NCBI GenBank assembly: GCA_951406725.2
Contig: OX597836.1
Coordinates: 19,344,001-19,408,000 of the forward strand
Source: Octopus vulgaris
Taxonomy: Eukaryota
DNA: 64,000 bases
Direction of reading: 5' to 3'
Position 1 is the stretch's first letter. The number at the start of each line of letters is the position of its first letter. A model generated the notes under the pieces. It saw only the letters and a list, made by a program, of their open reading frames with translations. It searched no databases and was not told where the DNA came from. Positions 52,531 to 64,000 of the stretch are shown piece by piece. The translations under genes were made by a program, and so were the position numbers.

Positions 52531-52927
52531 TTAATGTATAAATACTTGAAATTATTCGGTGAATAAATTAGGTTTTTAGGATATAATATATGTTGATTTT
52601 ATCTTCTATCTTTTACTTGTTTCATTTATTGGTCTGCAGCCATGCTGAGTTGAAAAAGTTTAGTCAAACAAATCAACTCCGGTACTTATTTTTAAAGGCT
52701 AGTAGTTATTCTAGCAGTCTCTTTTGCCTTAATGGCTAAGTTATGAAGGGGTGTAAACAAACCAACACTGCTGTCAAACAGTGATGGGAGACAAACACAT
52801 ACATAAAGATACACACACAGATATATACATATATATAACGGGAAGGTTTACAAAAATAAACAAAAGACGAAGGTAGGTGAAGTACAAACAAACAAATGTA
52901 TTAGTATAGCGCTCAGGAATAGAACAA

Positions 52928-52967
52928 GTCTTTTACGTTTCGAGCCTACACTCTTCGACAGAAAGAT
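52928..52967 (-). ncRNA. Minimal hammerhead-like motif with variant core CUGUCGA; second copy of the same family
   Basis: TCTTT-CTGTCGA-A-GAGT-GTAG-GCTC-GAAAC-GTA^AAAGA, inside a repeat (about 52838-52992) homologous to 27549-27720. Confidence 0.5.
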
Positions 52968-53534
52968 ACACAGAAAAAAACAAGGAGAGAAAAAATGCGT
53001 GTAGGAGCTGACGATCTATCATTCCGTCTACCATATCCACTCGCAATACTTTTGTTGGCCTAAAGTTACAGAAGACACTTGCTCATAGTTTAAAGTCTGG
53101 CAAGGTTGGCCTTGCCTTTCATCTTTTTTGGTGTCAATAAAATAAGCAGCAGGTGAGCACTGGGGATGATGTAATCATCTTACTCCTGCTCCAAAATTGC
53201 TGACCTTGTTCCAGAAATTGAAACCAATATCATCATACAACACATGTTACCCACCAACTAAGCCAAATTAAATTCAATAACGAAAAGTCTGAAAACAAGC
53301 ATAGACGCTGAGAACAAACTTATGAAAATACGACAGGAAAGGGTTAAGAATTCTTTTGAAATTTTCTTGGCACAGGCATGGCTGTGTGGTAAGAAGTTAG
53401 CTTCCCAACCACATAGTTCCAGGTTCAGTCCCACGGTTCAGTCCCACTGCGTGAACCTTGGGCAAGTGTCTTTTTCTATATTCTTAGGCCAACCAAAGCC
53501 TTGCAAGTACATTTGGTAGATGGTAACTGAAATA

Positions 53535-53951
53535 GGCGGCGAGCTGGCAGAATCATTAGCATGCCAGGTGAAATGCGTAGCCATATTTCGTCTGCCGTTA
53601 CGTTCTGAGTTCAAATTCCGCCGAAGTCGACTTTGCCTTTCATCCTTTCGGGGTCGATAAATTAAGTACCAGTTACGCACTGGGGTCGATGTAATCGACT
53701 TAATCCGTTTGTCTGTCCTTGTTTGTCCCCTCAATGTTTAGACCCTTGTGGGTAATAAAGAAATAGATATTTCGTCTGCCGTTACGTTCTGAGTTCAAAT
53801 TCCGCCGAGGTCGACTTTGCCTTTCATCCTTTCGGGGTCGATAAATTAAGTACCAGTTACGCACTGGGGTCGATGTAATCGACTTAATCCGTTTGTCTGT
53901 CCTTGTTTGTCCTCTCTGTGTTTAGCCCTTTGTGGGTAGTAAATAAATAGG
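53535..53951 (+). mobile_element. tRNA-derived MetaSINE-like element (dimer); other copies or concatemers at 3651-3880, 5741-6378, 10916-11150, 14385-14797, 36389-36975, 42091-42615, 56605-56775, 58750-58975 and 59583-60207
   Basis: B box GAGTTCAAATTCC; central GCCTTTCATCCTTTCGGGGTCGATAAATTAAGTACC resembles the Meta domain; many near-identical copies. Confidence 0.8.
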
Positions 53952-54179
53952 TAACTGAAATATGCTCATCTTGTGTGTATGTGTGTGTATTTGTTTGTCC
54001 CCCACCATTTCTTGACAACTAGTGTCGGTGTGTTTATGTCCCCATAACTTAGTGGTTCAGCAAAAGAAACTGACAAAATAAGTACTGGGGTTAAGATAGT
54101 GCCCCAGCATGGCCACAGTAAAATGACTGAAACAAGGAGAAAAGGATGAACAAATAAATAAAAACAATAAAAAGGATAT

Positions 54180-54219
54180 GAATCTCTCATTTGGTGAAGT
54201 TCATCAAGGGCATCAGGTG
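54180..54219 (-). CDS. PLCL: PLCL exon 3: 40-nt PH-EF linker exon ending at a U12 AT donor
   Basis: atttttag|CA CCT...GAT TC|ATATCCTTTT; SPDALDELHQMRDS; phase 1-2 bridges the flanking exons exactly. Confidence 0.88.
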
Positions 54220-54607
54220 CTAAAAATATAAATGGAAAACAAAAAAAAACATAGAAGAAATTTCATTTTTGGATTTGGTTTGCAAGATTCTTTATATATA
54301 TAGATTATATATATATATGATTAATGTAATTTAAATTTTTTCTCTTTTCTTATTGCACATATAAATATCTGAAATAATTGAAATTGACATTGCATTTTGA
54401 TGAAACTATGTTTTCCCCTTATATTTATGATTTCTTACACACACAACACACACACACACACACAGAGGAACTGATGTATTCATCTCTTTAGTAAGGTACC
54501 CGCTCTTGTCCCTCTAACATACTTTGATATCCCTCAATACTATAGTCAATTCAGTTAAAGAATCTTGGAAAAATAAACAAAGATATGCCAAACAAAAAAA
54601 TACTCAC

Positions 54608-54826
54608 AGCCCCTTATATTTGTGTTTGCATTCATTAAACAGGTGAGGCCAGTTACCCAGATGTTAGCTTCATCAGGGGTGGAAGCTATGAGATCCATTG
54701 TTTCAAAGTTATCTCCAAAAATAATAGAAAAAGCACATTCTTCAGGGTAAAATTCCATTATTTCTCGGTTTCGTAATGCTTCAGTAGTCATTCCAAGTCT
54801 CACTTCCTTCATACAGCTGATGGAAA
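54608..54826 (-). CDS. PLCL: PLCL exon 2: PH domain C-half
   Basis: cccag|...|gtgag; [19 protein letters not shown]...[36 protein letters not shown]; 219 nt, phase 1-1. Confidence 0.93.
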
Positions 54827-54869
54827 CTGGGAAGAAAGAAGGAAACAAAAATTTTTGAGAGAGAGAAAG

Positions 54870-54945
54870 TGACAGACAGATAGATAGATAAACAGACAAG
54901 TAGACAGATAGACAGACAAGAAGACAGATATATATATGTAGATAT

Positions 54946-55022
<77 letters not shown>

Positions 55023-55098
55023 TAGATAAAGAGTAGACAGACAGACAGGCAGATAGATAGATAGATAGATAGATAGATAAACAGATAGATAAATAGAC

Positions 55099-55157
<59 letters not shown>

Positions 55158-55467
55158 CAGACAGATAGATAGATAAATAGATAGACAGACAGATAGATAG
55201 ATAGACAGACAGATAGATAGATAGACAGACAGACAGATAGAGAGATAAATAGACAGACAGATAGAGAGATAAATAGACAGACAGATAGATAGATAAATAG
55301 ACAGACATAGATAAATAGACAGACAGATAGATAGATAGACAGACAGATAGATAGATAGACAGACAGATAGATAGATAGACAGACAGACAGATAAATAGAC
55401 AGACAGATAGATAGATAGAAAGATAGATAGATAGATAGACAGATAGATAGATACAGAGCTAGCTCGC

Positions 55468-55508
<41 letters not shown>
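54870..55508. repeat. (GATA/GACA)n tract filling most of the intron between exons 1 and 2
   Basis: Direct inspection. Confidence 0.95.
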
Positions 55509-55509
<1 letters not shown>

Positions 55510-55542
55510 ATAATCAGTAAGAACTTGTTAGATAGAACTTAC

Positions 55543-55692
55543 TTCTAGCCTTGTTTGGTTTCTTGGAGGTAGGCTGCCATCGTATTTCAGTCATATCTTT
55601 GTTGAGAGAGTACATGCGAAAATACTGTCGGCTGTTGGAACGCACTTTTACCATTTCAGATCCATCTTGCATACACGCCAGACAATCTTGGG
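55543..55692 (-). CDS. PLCL: PLCL exon (1st in window): PH domain N-half
   Basis: ttctag|CC...AGA A|gtaag; QDCLACMQDGSEMVKVRSNSRQYFRMYSLNKDMTEIRWQPTSKKPNKAR; 150 nt, phase 1-1. Confidence 0.92.
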
Positions 55693-57979
55693 CTAGAATA
55701 AAAAAAAAAAAAGAAACAAAATATTATCAAATTCAATTTATTTGAATAATTACTTAATGAATCATAGGAGCAAGTGAATTAAAAGTTAGAAAATTTGAAG
55801 TTCATTTTGTGCATCATCATCATCATCATCCTCCTACTCTTCCTCCTTCATCATCATCATCGTTTAACGTCCACTTTCCATGCTAGCATGGGTTGGACGG
55901 TTCAACTGGGGTCTGGGAAGCCAGAAGGCTGCGCCAGGCCCAGTCTGATCTGGCAGTGTTTCTACGGCTGGATGCCCTTCCTAACGCCAACCACTCCGTG
56001 AGTGTAGTGGGTGCTTTTTACGTGCCACCTGCACAGGTGCCAGACGAGGCTGGCAAATGGCCACGATCGGATGGTGCTTTTTACGTGCTACCGGCACGGG
56101 GGCCAGATGAGGCTGGCAACGGCCACAATCGGATGGTGCATTTTACGTGCCACCGGCACGGAGGCCAGTCGGGGCGGCGCTGGCAACGGCCACACTTGGA
56201 TGGTTCTCTTACATGCCATCGGCACTGGTATCACAGCTACAATTTCCATATCATTTAACATCTAGGCTGGCATAGACTGGGTGGGTTAAAAGAACCTGAT
56301 GGACTCACAGACTGCATCATGCTCCAGAGTTTGCTTTGGGTTGGTTTCTATGGCCAGATGCCCTTCTTAATGCAAACCACTTTGTAGTGTGTACTGGATG
56401 CATTTTCCATGCATTATTGAGGTTATCATGCAGCTCAAAAGATTACAAAATCCAAGAGAGATAGGGTTGGTCTCATGCTATGGGACAAGGGGATAAAGTA
56501 TGAGAGAAGGGAAAGGGTGTAGGGCAGGTTTTTGATTGGTTATTCACATTTAGTAGGGGAGAGAAAGAATGAGAGAAAGAATGAGCTGGAAAGAGATAGA
56601 TATTGTTACGTTCTGAGTTCAAATTCCGCCGAGGTCAACTTTGCCTTTCATCCTTTCGGGGTCGATAAATTAAGTACCAGTTATGCACTGGGGTCGATAT
56701 AATCGACTTAATCCGTCTGTTTGTCCTTGTTTGTCTCCTCTGTGTTTAGCCCCTTGTGGGCAATAAAGAAATAAGAAATTAGAGATGAGGGTTCAGGTGG
56801 GCCTTCAAGGCCCAAGTAGAAGTGTGTGGGTGGGGACTTTGCAAGATTGTATGGGGAGCAGAAGAGGATGGGAAGGAGAGACAGCCTGCAACTATATAAA
56901 AGTTGGGTAGGGTATGAGAATTTATACCATTATCTTGCAATCGGCTTTGTATGGAATGCTAAAACTATGGAACAAAATTGTAAACATAATCTATTTGTTA
57001 ACTTTTATCTTTTATTTGTTTCAGTCATTAGATTGTGACCATGCTGGGGCACCACCTTGAAGGATTTTTAGTTGAATGAATCAACTCCAGTACTTATGCT
57101 TTTGTTAAACCTAATACTTATTCTGTCGGTCTCTTTTCCAGAACCATTAAGTTATGGGGCAGTAAGCACACGAACAGCAGTTGTCAAGCAGCGATAAGGG
57201 AGACAAATGCACACAAAGACATACACACACATACATATATATATACAATAAGATCATCATCGTTTAACGTCCGCTTTCCGTGCTAGCATGGGTTGGACGA
57301 TTTTGACTGAGGACTGGCGAACCAGATAGCTGCACCAGGCTCCAGTCTTGATCTGGCAGAGTTTCTACAGCTGGATGCCCTTCCTAACACCAACCACTCC
57401 GAGAGTGTAGTGGGTGCATTTTACGTGCCAGTCCAGCGGTACTGGCAATGACCTCGCTCGAATCTTTTTACACATGCCACCAGCACAGGTGCCAGTAAGG
57501 CGACATTGGTAACGATCACGCTCGAATGGTGCCCTTTTACGTGCCACCGGCATGGAAGCCAGATCAGATTGGAGTCTGGTGCTGCCATCTGGTTCGCCAG
57601 ACCTCAGTCAAATCGTCCGGAAAGCAGACATTAAAAGATGATGATGAATAGGCTACTTTCAGTTTCCATCTATCAAATCCAGTCACAAGGCTTTGGCTGG
57701 CTTGGGGCTACAGTAGAAAAGCACAGGTGCCATGCAGTGGGAGTGAACCCGAAACCATGTAATTAAGAAGCAAACTTCTTATCACACAGTCACATCTGTG
57801 CCTAGATACATAATCAATTACACAGATGACATGATTTGTGAGACAATCACCAAAAATTATGGAAGAAGTTGAAAACATAATCTATATACAGCATTAATAG
57901 CATTTGTAAGAAAACTGACAGAAAAACTATGGAAGGAAATTAAAGACATACTGTGTTACATATCAATATTTATATTATA

Positions 57980-58314
57980 TCTCTATATATATAAACGGCA
58001 AAATGTCTGTGTGTGTATGTGTGTCCTTTATACATATCCACGATTTTTCAGTTAGAGGGCTCGCACTTTCTATGGTCATTCAAAACCATCCAAGGGTTGT
58101 CGTGCACATCTTTACATTTCCCCAGTCACCCCGCAAAGCCATTAAAAAATCAATAGAAGTGACTTTTTGGTGAATTTTCTATCCCAAACCCAATCAAAAT
58201 GCCCGAAACTTGATACGTCAATTGAAAGCTTGTTAGCTGCATGTGATTGGTCGGAGATTTGGACAGTACTCGCGTGTATGTGCGCACGCACACAGCTGTA
58301 TATGCATGCACTAG
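57980..58314 (+). mobile_element. Non-autonomous Helitron ending at an internal CTAG without the hairpin
   Basis: Highly similar to 52159-52495. Confidence 0.72.
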
Positions 58315-58531
58315 TTAAATATAATTTCAAAAGAAATTAATGTATTTCAAGGTTCCCTATAAATCTACAATAATCCTATAATATCCAAGATAACAGTAGA
58401 AATTCCATAGGGTTTTGCTAGTATATAAGATTATTCTTGCACAAGAAAATTGGTCAAGCAAAAGATTAGAATTTTGAGCTAAATGTGTGTCCATCCAGCT
58501 TGGGCACAGCCAATACTCTACAACCGCCTGC

Positions 58532-58565
<34 letters not shown>

Positions 58566-58686
58566 AATATATGCACAGAGGTTTCTATTCACAAGCACAG
58601 ATATAGAGCTAGCTCTCTCTTTGTTTCTGTCTGCTCCTCTTTCTCTCTCCCACATCTATATATATATAGCATCATTCACATGTGTG

Positions 58687-58744
<58 letters not shown>

Positions 58745-58972
58745 GACAGAGAGCTGGCAGAAACGTTAGCACGCCGGGTGAAGTGCGTAGCCGTATTTCG
58801 TCTGTCGTTACGTTCCGAGTTCAAATTCCGCCAAGGTCGACTTTGCCTTTCCTCCTTGCAGGGTCAATAAATTAAGTACCAGTTATGCACTGAGGTCAAT
58901 GTAATCGACTTAATCCCTTTGTCTGTCCTTGTTTGTCCCCTCTATGTTTAGCCCCTTGTGGGTAGTAAAAAA

Positions 58973-59012
<40 letters not shown>

Positions 59013-59033
59013 GTGTATATGTATGTACGTATG

Positions 59034-59069
<36 letters not shown>

Positions 59070-60519
59070 CACATGCACATACATATGTGTATGTGTGTGA
59101 ATTTGTGAATGAGAGGAGCCTTCCCTCAACAGGAAACCAGTTGACATGTGCCATCCTTTCCAGTAAAGATAACAACCTAATGCCAGCAACAGGGTAGGGC
59201 TTTCACACTGATACACACACTAGACAATTGTTTGTGTCAATATTTTTTTTTTTTTTTTACAATACACAACAGTCTGCCATTGCTAACTTTTTTCAATAGG
59301 GGAGTTTTCTCACAATAAAGTGCCATATTTCTTTCTAACAGTATTCTGATTGATATATTTCACCATTAGTTTATATGTTATCTAACAAGAGAGGAAGAGA
59401 GAGAGAGGGAGAGAGAGAGAGAAAGAGAGAGAGATTAGACAGCCGTTCAGATTTCTTAAGGTTAAATTTAGAGAAAATAAAACCCCACTACCACCTCTAT
59501 TACCACCACCATGGCAGAATCTTTTCTATTCAAGTCACCACTTTGTATGTCTTTAGGAGCATGTCTTAGACTGACGAGTTATAGGCGACAAGCTGGCAGA
59601 AACGTTAGCATGCTGGACGAAATGCTTTGCGGCATTTCGTCTGCCACTATGTTCTGAGCTCAAGTCTGCCACTATGTTCTGAGCTCAAATTCCGCCGAGA
59701 TCGACTTTACCTTTCATCCTTTTGGGGTCGATTAAATAAGTACCAGTTACGCACTGGGGTCGATATAATCGACTTAATCCATTTGTCTGTCCTTGTTTGT
59801 CCTCTCTGTGTTTAGCCCCTTGTGGGTAGTAAAGAAATAGGTATTTCGTCTGTCGTTACGTTCTGAGTTCAAATTCCGCCGAGGTCGACTTTGCCTTTCA
59901 TCCTTTAGGGGTCGATTAAATAAGTACCAGTTACGCACTGGGGTCGATATAATCAACTTAATCCCTTTGTCTGTCCTTCTTTGTCCTCTCTGTGTTTAGC
60001 CCCTTGTGGGTAGTAAAGAAATAGGTATTTCGTCTGTCGTTACGTTCTAAGTTCAAATTCTGCTGAGGCCGACTTTGCTTTTCATCCTTTCGGGATCGAT
60101 AAATAAAGTATCAGTTTCGCACAGGGGTCGATATAATCGACTTAATCCCTTTGTCTATCCTTGTTTGCCCTCTCTGTGTTTAGCCCCTTGTGGGCAGTAA
60201 AGAAATATATTTATGCAATTTAGTTTCAAACAAGTGCAGATGAAGAGGACCCCTATGTAGTTGCTTGGCCCATTAGAATAGCAGCCAAATTACACACACT
60301 ACCATCTCTAACCAATGACTGGCACCCCACCACCGCCTGACAACCAGTGTTGGTGTGTTTACATCCTTGTAACTTAGCAGTTCAGCAAAAGAGACTGATA
60401 GAATAAGTACCAGGCTTTATAAAACAATAAGAAGTACTGGGGTCGATTGGTTCATCTTCTTCAAGGCAGTCCCCCAGCATGACCTCAGTCTAATGACTGA
60501 GACAAGTTAAAGATAAAAG

Positions 60520-60830
60520 ATAACACCAATTTCAGTAAACCAGACAGTCACTTGATAACCTATAAATCTGGAGACCATGCAAGCCAGATTGACTACATTC
60601 TCACCAGAAAGCAGGATTTATGGCTGCTCATAAATGCAAAGTCCTTCGCTGGGGTAGAGTGTACCCCTCAGCATAGGTTACTCATTAGCAACTTCAAACT
60701 GCAGGCACAAAGGATTCCAAGACCCAAGCCAGTTTGGAAAAGAAAGATCTGGAAACTTTAAGATTCTTTGAATAGTCAGAGGTTTAGGGACTTCCTAACT
60801 GAAGCATTTGATGAGGAGGAGCTACAGACT
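60520..60830 (+). mobile_element. LINE endonuclease C-terminal fragment
   Basis: ITYKSGDHASQIDYILTRK...ECTPQHRLL. Confidence 0.7.
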
Positions 60831-61400
60831 TGCACAAGGATACTGGAAATGCTAGAAACAGTAGCTAAATCTCCCTCAAATTTTGTCCTAATTTCTCAAA
60901 AAAAAAACCCCCAAAAAATGAAGAAAATGAGGAACAAATTGACTCATTGGGGAATGTGGTCAAAGATACATGAAAATATGGGAGGCTGAAAGCCAGATTA
61001 TCTTTGATCAGGTGATCAATAATCACCTCTTTATTTCTGATTGTCAACTAATCAGAAATGTGATGAAGGAGAAGCAATGTTGAGATAGCATATATGCACA
61101 CACACGCACACACACACACACACTAATACATGCACATGCACACATTTACAGGTATACTTGCACACACTCACACACTTACAAAAACGCTCTTGTACAAAGG
61201 CAGAAGCTGGCTGAATAGATGGACAAGATGGATGGATATATAGACAGAAAGACAGACAAACAGACATAAATTGAGACCAATTTTAAGCAGTTGACTTAAT
61301 GAGTCTAACATTTAATTTTTGACAAAATCTTGCTTGTGAAAATCTAATCCTCCTCTTTATTTTCCAGGTAAATTACGAACTGTTTCGACAACAGAAAGTC

Positions 61401-61730
61401 ATGGAACAACAAAATCATTCTACCATTGTTGCTTCAGTGCATTCTGGGCACACTGCCAATAAAATTGTTAAGTTGATGAAACTTCCAAAAGCAACAGTTT
61501 ACTATGTGTATAAAGAATTTAAAGAAGGGGGAAAGACTGACAGAAAAGGACACAAAACTTGAAGTTATTCCAAGCACAATCCAAAGTTTCTCGCTGGCCT
61601 CAAATGCTCGACTGAAGCCAACCCAACCACATCTATGATAATTCTTGTAAAGAAACACAATGTGTCTCTTTCTGTGGAGTCCAGAGCTGTGAACAGGAAC
61701 CTTGGCATGACTAGCTATGTTCGACAACAC
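61401..61730 (+). pseudogene. Tc1/mariner-superfamily transposase N-terminal HTH fragment
   Basis: ...GHTANKIVKLMKLPKATVYYVYKEFKEGG...EANPTTSM...; internal stop; truncated by a SINE fragment. Confidence 0.55.
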
Positions 61731-62048
61731 CTTTACTTCCCCGAGGTGCCATGCAGTGGGACTGAACCTGGAACCATGTGGTTGGTAAGCAAGCTACTTA
61801 CCACACAGCCACTCCTGTACACTCTGTGTACTTGCATTATTTTAATATTTATAACCAGGTCCAAGAAAGGTACAAATTGTTTCAACTTATCTACAAGACC
61901 CTGTATATATATATATATAATTGAAAACCAAGAAGAGAGTGGAGATTTATTCAGCTTCTGCCAGTGTACATGAGTGATTTTTGTATGTGAGTGTATACAA
62001 GTGTACCTGTAAATGTGTGCATGTGCATAAGTGTGTGTGCTATCTATC

Positions 62049-62128
<80 letters not shown>

Positions 62129-62879
62129 GGACAGATAGGCAGCTGGCTAACTAGATAGCGAGATAAACAAAGAAGCAGGCAGACAGACACACAGCCAGGC
62201 AGGCAGGCAGACACTTATATATGCACACACATAGACAAACACATGCAGAGACACACGTTCGCCAAAATGTTACAATTGATTTGCTTGCTGTCAGGTAACA
62301 AGTGAATTGAATTTGTTAGGCCAACGAATGTATTATATAAATCTCAGAGATAAGACTGAGAGGATTAGGGTCGAATGGAGGCAGGAAGTTGAGCAGATTT
62401 AAGAGGCCTAAGATGCAGCATTTTCAAAGAATACCTTGGTAGTTAATATGCATTACATAAACGGTCATATCGTCTACAGTACTACCAGAAAATGCTAAAT
62501 TAAAGAGGAGGGGGGGGGCTTGTGAAAGGTGAGCATAGTGTAATTAGTAAAGGGAAGATAATGATGAGGTGAGATGTGACAACAAGTTGTGTTGATCAAT
62601 AAGATACCCCCTTCTCAGCCTCTTTCCATAAGTCGGTCCTCGTCATGCAAACCTATGAACAGTGGTATTTCAGCTGTGATCATCTATCTCTCTTAAATTT
62701 TCAGGCAAAGTGTATCTGGGAATACATCAAACAAAGGCATTTGAATAAGCCAGTCAATAACCAGGCACAACCTGTTACTGAGAATGGTGTAGAGAACAGC
62801 AGCAGATACATGAAGAATATTTGAAGGATCATCTACGGAGAATTCATCTACGAAGCAATTGCCCCAGTTCCCCTTCAGG

Positions 62880-63500
62880 GTTGGCGAAAGCGATGTGGTG
62901 GGCAACGAAAAACCTGGCTGATGACAGTCAAGGCTGATCTGGAACCCAACCTAGGCCCTCATATCTATGGCATTCGCCTCTGGAATAAGTAGTGGTTGGA
63001 GATCACGCGGTCATTAGCCTCAAATCGCCAGGCCTGGTCGGCGTTTGTGAGAGATGCAGCATTGAGGATGAATGAAGCCAGCTCAACCGACCCCGGGTGA
63101 ATGCTGTCTCAAGTCAAGTCAAGTCAACAGCAGCAGAGACTCCATCAAATGATGGGGGGAAAACTAGAAGTAATTGAAAGCATCTGTTATCTGGGTGACC
63201 AAATCAGTAGTGGAAGTGGATGCTTTGAGAGCATAGCTGCTAGAATAAGAATAAGCTGAGTGAGAGCTGATACCTTTGTAGGCAACAAATGGCCACTCTC
63301 TCAGAGTGAAAGGCAGATTGTACAATGCCAGTCTGCAGGAGTGCCTGTGTGGTAAGTAGCTTGCTTACCAACCACATGGTTCTGGGTTCAGTCCCACTGC
63401 GTGGCACCTTGGGCAAGTGTCTTCTACTATAGCCTCGGGCTGACCAAAGCCTTGTGAGTGGATTTGGTAGATGGAAACTGAAAGAAGCCCATCGTATATA

Positions 63501-63540
<40 letters not shown>

Positions 63541-64000
63541 CGTGTATGTGTGTGTGTCGGTGTTTGTCCCCCTAGCATTGCTTGACAACCGATGCTGGTG
63601 TGTTTATGTCCCCGTCACTTAGTGGTTCGGCAAAAGAGACCGATAGAATAAGTACTGGGCTTACAAAGAATAAGTCCCGGGGTCGAGTTGCTCGAATAAA
63701 GGCGGTGCTCCAACATGGCCGCAGTCAAATGACTGAAAAGAGTAAAAGAGTAAAGAGAACAGCCTTGGGCTGGGAGCGCAGAGGAGATGCAAAGACTTGA
63801 AAGAAACGAAGCTAGTATGATCGGCCGGATGTGTAATGTCAGTGTGCATGTAAGACAGTGTGTCTTGAGAAACAAGTTGGGTATAAAAGGCATATTGAGG
63901 TGGTGTTCAAGAGAGACAACTGCATTGGTATGGTCATATGACACATGAATAAGGAGAGCTGTGTAAAGAAGTGCTGATCTCTAACTGTGGAGGGAATCTT
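62880..64000 (+). mobile_element. RTE-like LINE fragments: a 3' end with (CAAGT)n tail to about 63125, then an RT C-terminal piece split by a SINE at about 63335-63757
   Basis: TWLMTVKADLEP...AFVRDAALRMNEASSTDPG*; CYLGDQISSG; RQLHWYGH. Confidence 0.65.
63335..63757 (+). mobile_element. tRNA-derived SINE with CORE-like motif and internal (TA)n(TG)n; copies at 21807-22222, 22779-23180, 29985-30352, 34654-35046 and 56998-57800 (all -)
   Basis: GGTTCAGTCCC B box, CCTTGGGCAAGT motif, internal microsatellite and (GTAAAAGA)n tail. Confidence 0.78.

Larger units (their letters stand above)
50268..54179 (-). promoter_or_regulatory. U12-type (minor spliceosome) AT-AC intron, 3912 nt
   Basis: 5' splice site ATATCCTTTT (from 54179), branch point TCCTTAAC (50284-50277) 9 nt before the terminal AC (50269-50268), no polypyrimidine tract. 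The reading frame requires this join. Confidence 0.92.
193..55692 (-). other. PLCL: Multi-exon phospholipase C-like (PLCL/PRIP family) gene, partial; 19 coding exons in window
   Basis: Exons joined by hand at GT-AG sites (one AT-AC) with matching phases give a continuous 2348-nt frame: PH, EF-hands, X (SHNTYL, ELDCWDG, YHG, LENHC), Y ([22 protein letters not shown]) and C2. PLCL-type strings include [56 protein letters not shown] and NTGIKCIDETFK. Confidence 0.93.

Noticed and set aside
54781-55308. 175-aa ORF (YLSI repeats)
   Set aside because: Translation of the (GATA)n tract.
55693-64000. Search for the upstream PLCL exon with the KTVSF-type PP1-binding motif and start codon
   Set aside because: No convincing phase-1 exon found; the region is repeats and probably part of a long intron.

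Overview
AT-rich, microsatellite- and SINE-dense animal DNA. The repeat landscape most resembles coleoid cephalopod (Octopus-like) sequence; this is an inference. The window is occupied by one multi-exon gene on the - strand, a phospholipase C-like (PLCL/PRIP-family) gene. I assembled 19 coding exons by hand (55692 down to 193; 2348 nt, one continuous frame of about 782 codons) covering PH, EF-hand, catalytic X and Y, C2 and the start of the PLCL-type C-terminal region. The start and stop codons lie outside the window or were not recognised. Highlights: (1) a textbook AT-AC U12 minor-spliceosome intron after a 40-nt exon; (2) all canonical PLC catalytic residues appear intact in a member of the 'inactive PLC' family; (3) a canonical type I hammerhead ribozyme in sense orientation in an intron, plus two A6U-variant minimal hammerhead motifs in (TA)n-associated Penelope-like remnants; (4) precise head-to-tail SINE concatemers; (5) several fold-back and inverted duplications. 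Introns also hold a full-length decayed mariner, non-autonomous Helitrons, hAT, piggyBac-like and Merlin-like MITEs, RTE, CR1 and Gypsy fragments, at least four SINE families and several minisatellites. I found no CRISPR array, rRNA or true tRNA gene, and I cannot support a wholly new multi-gene system.
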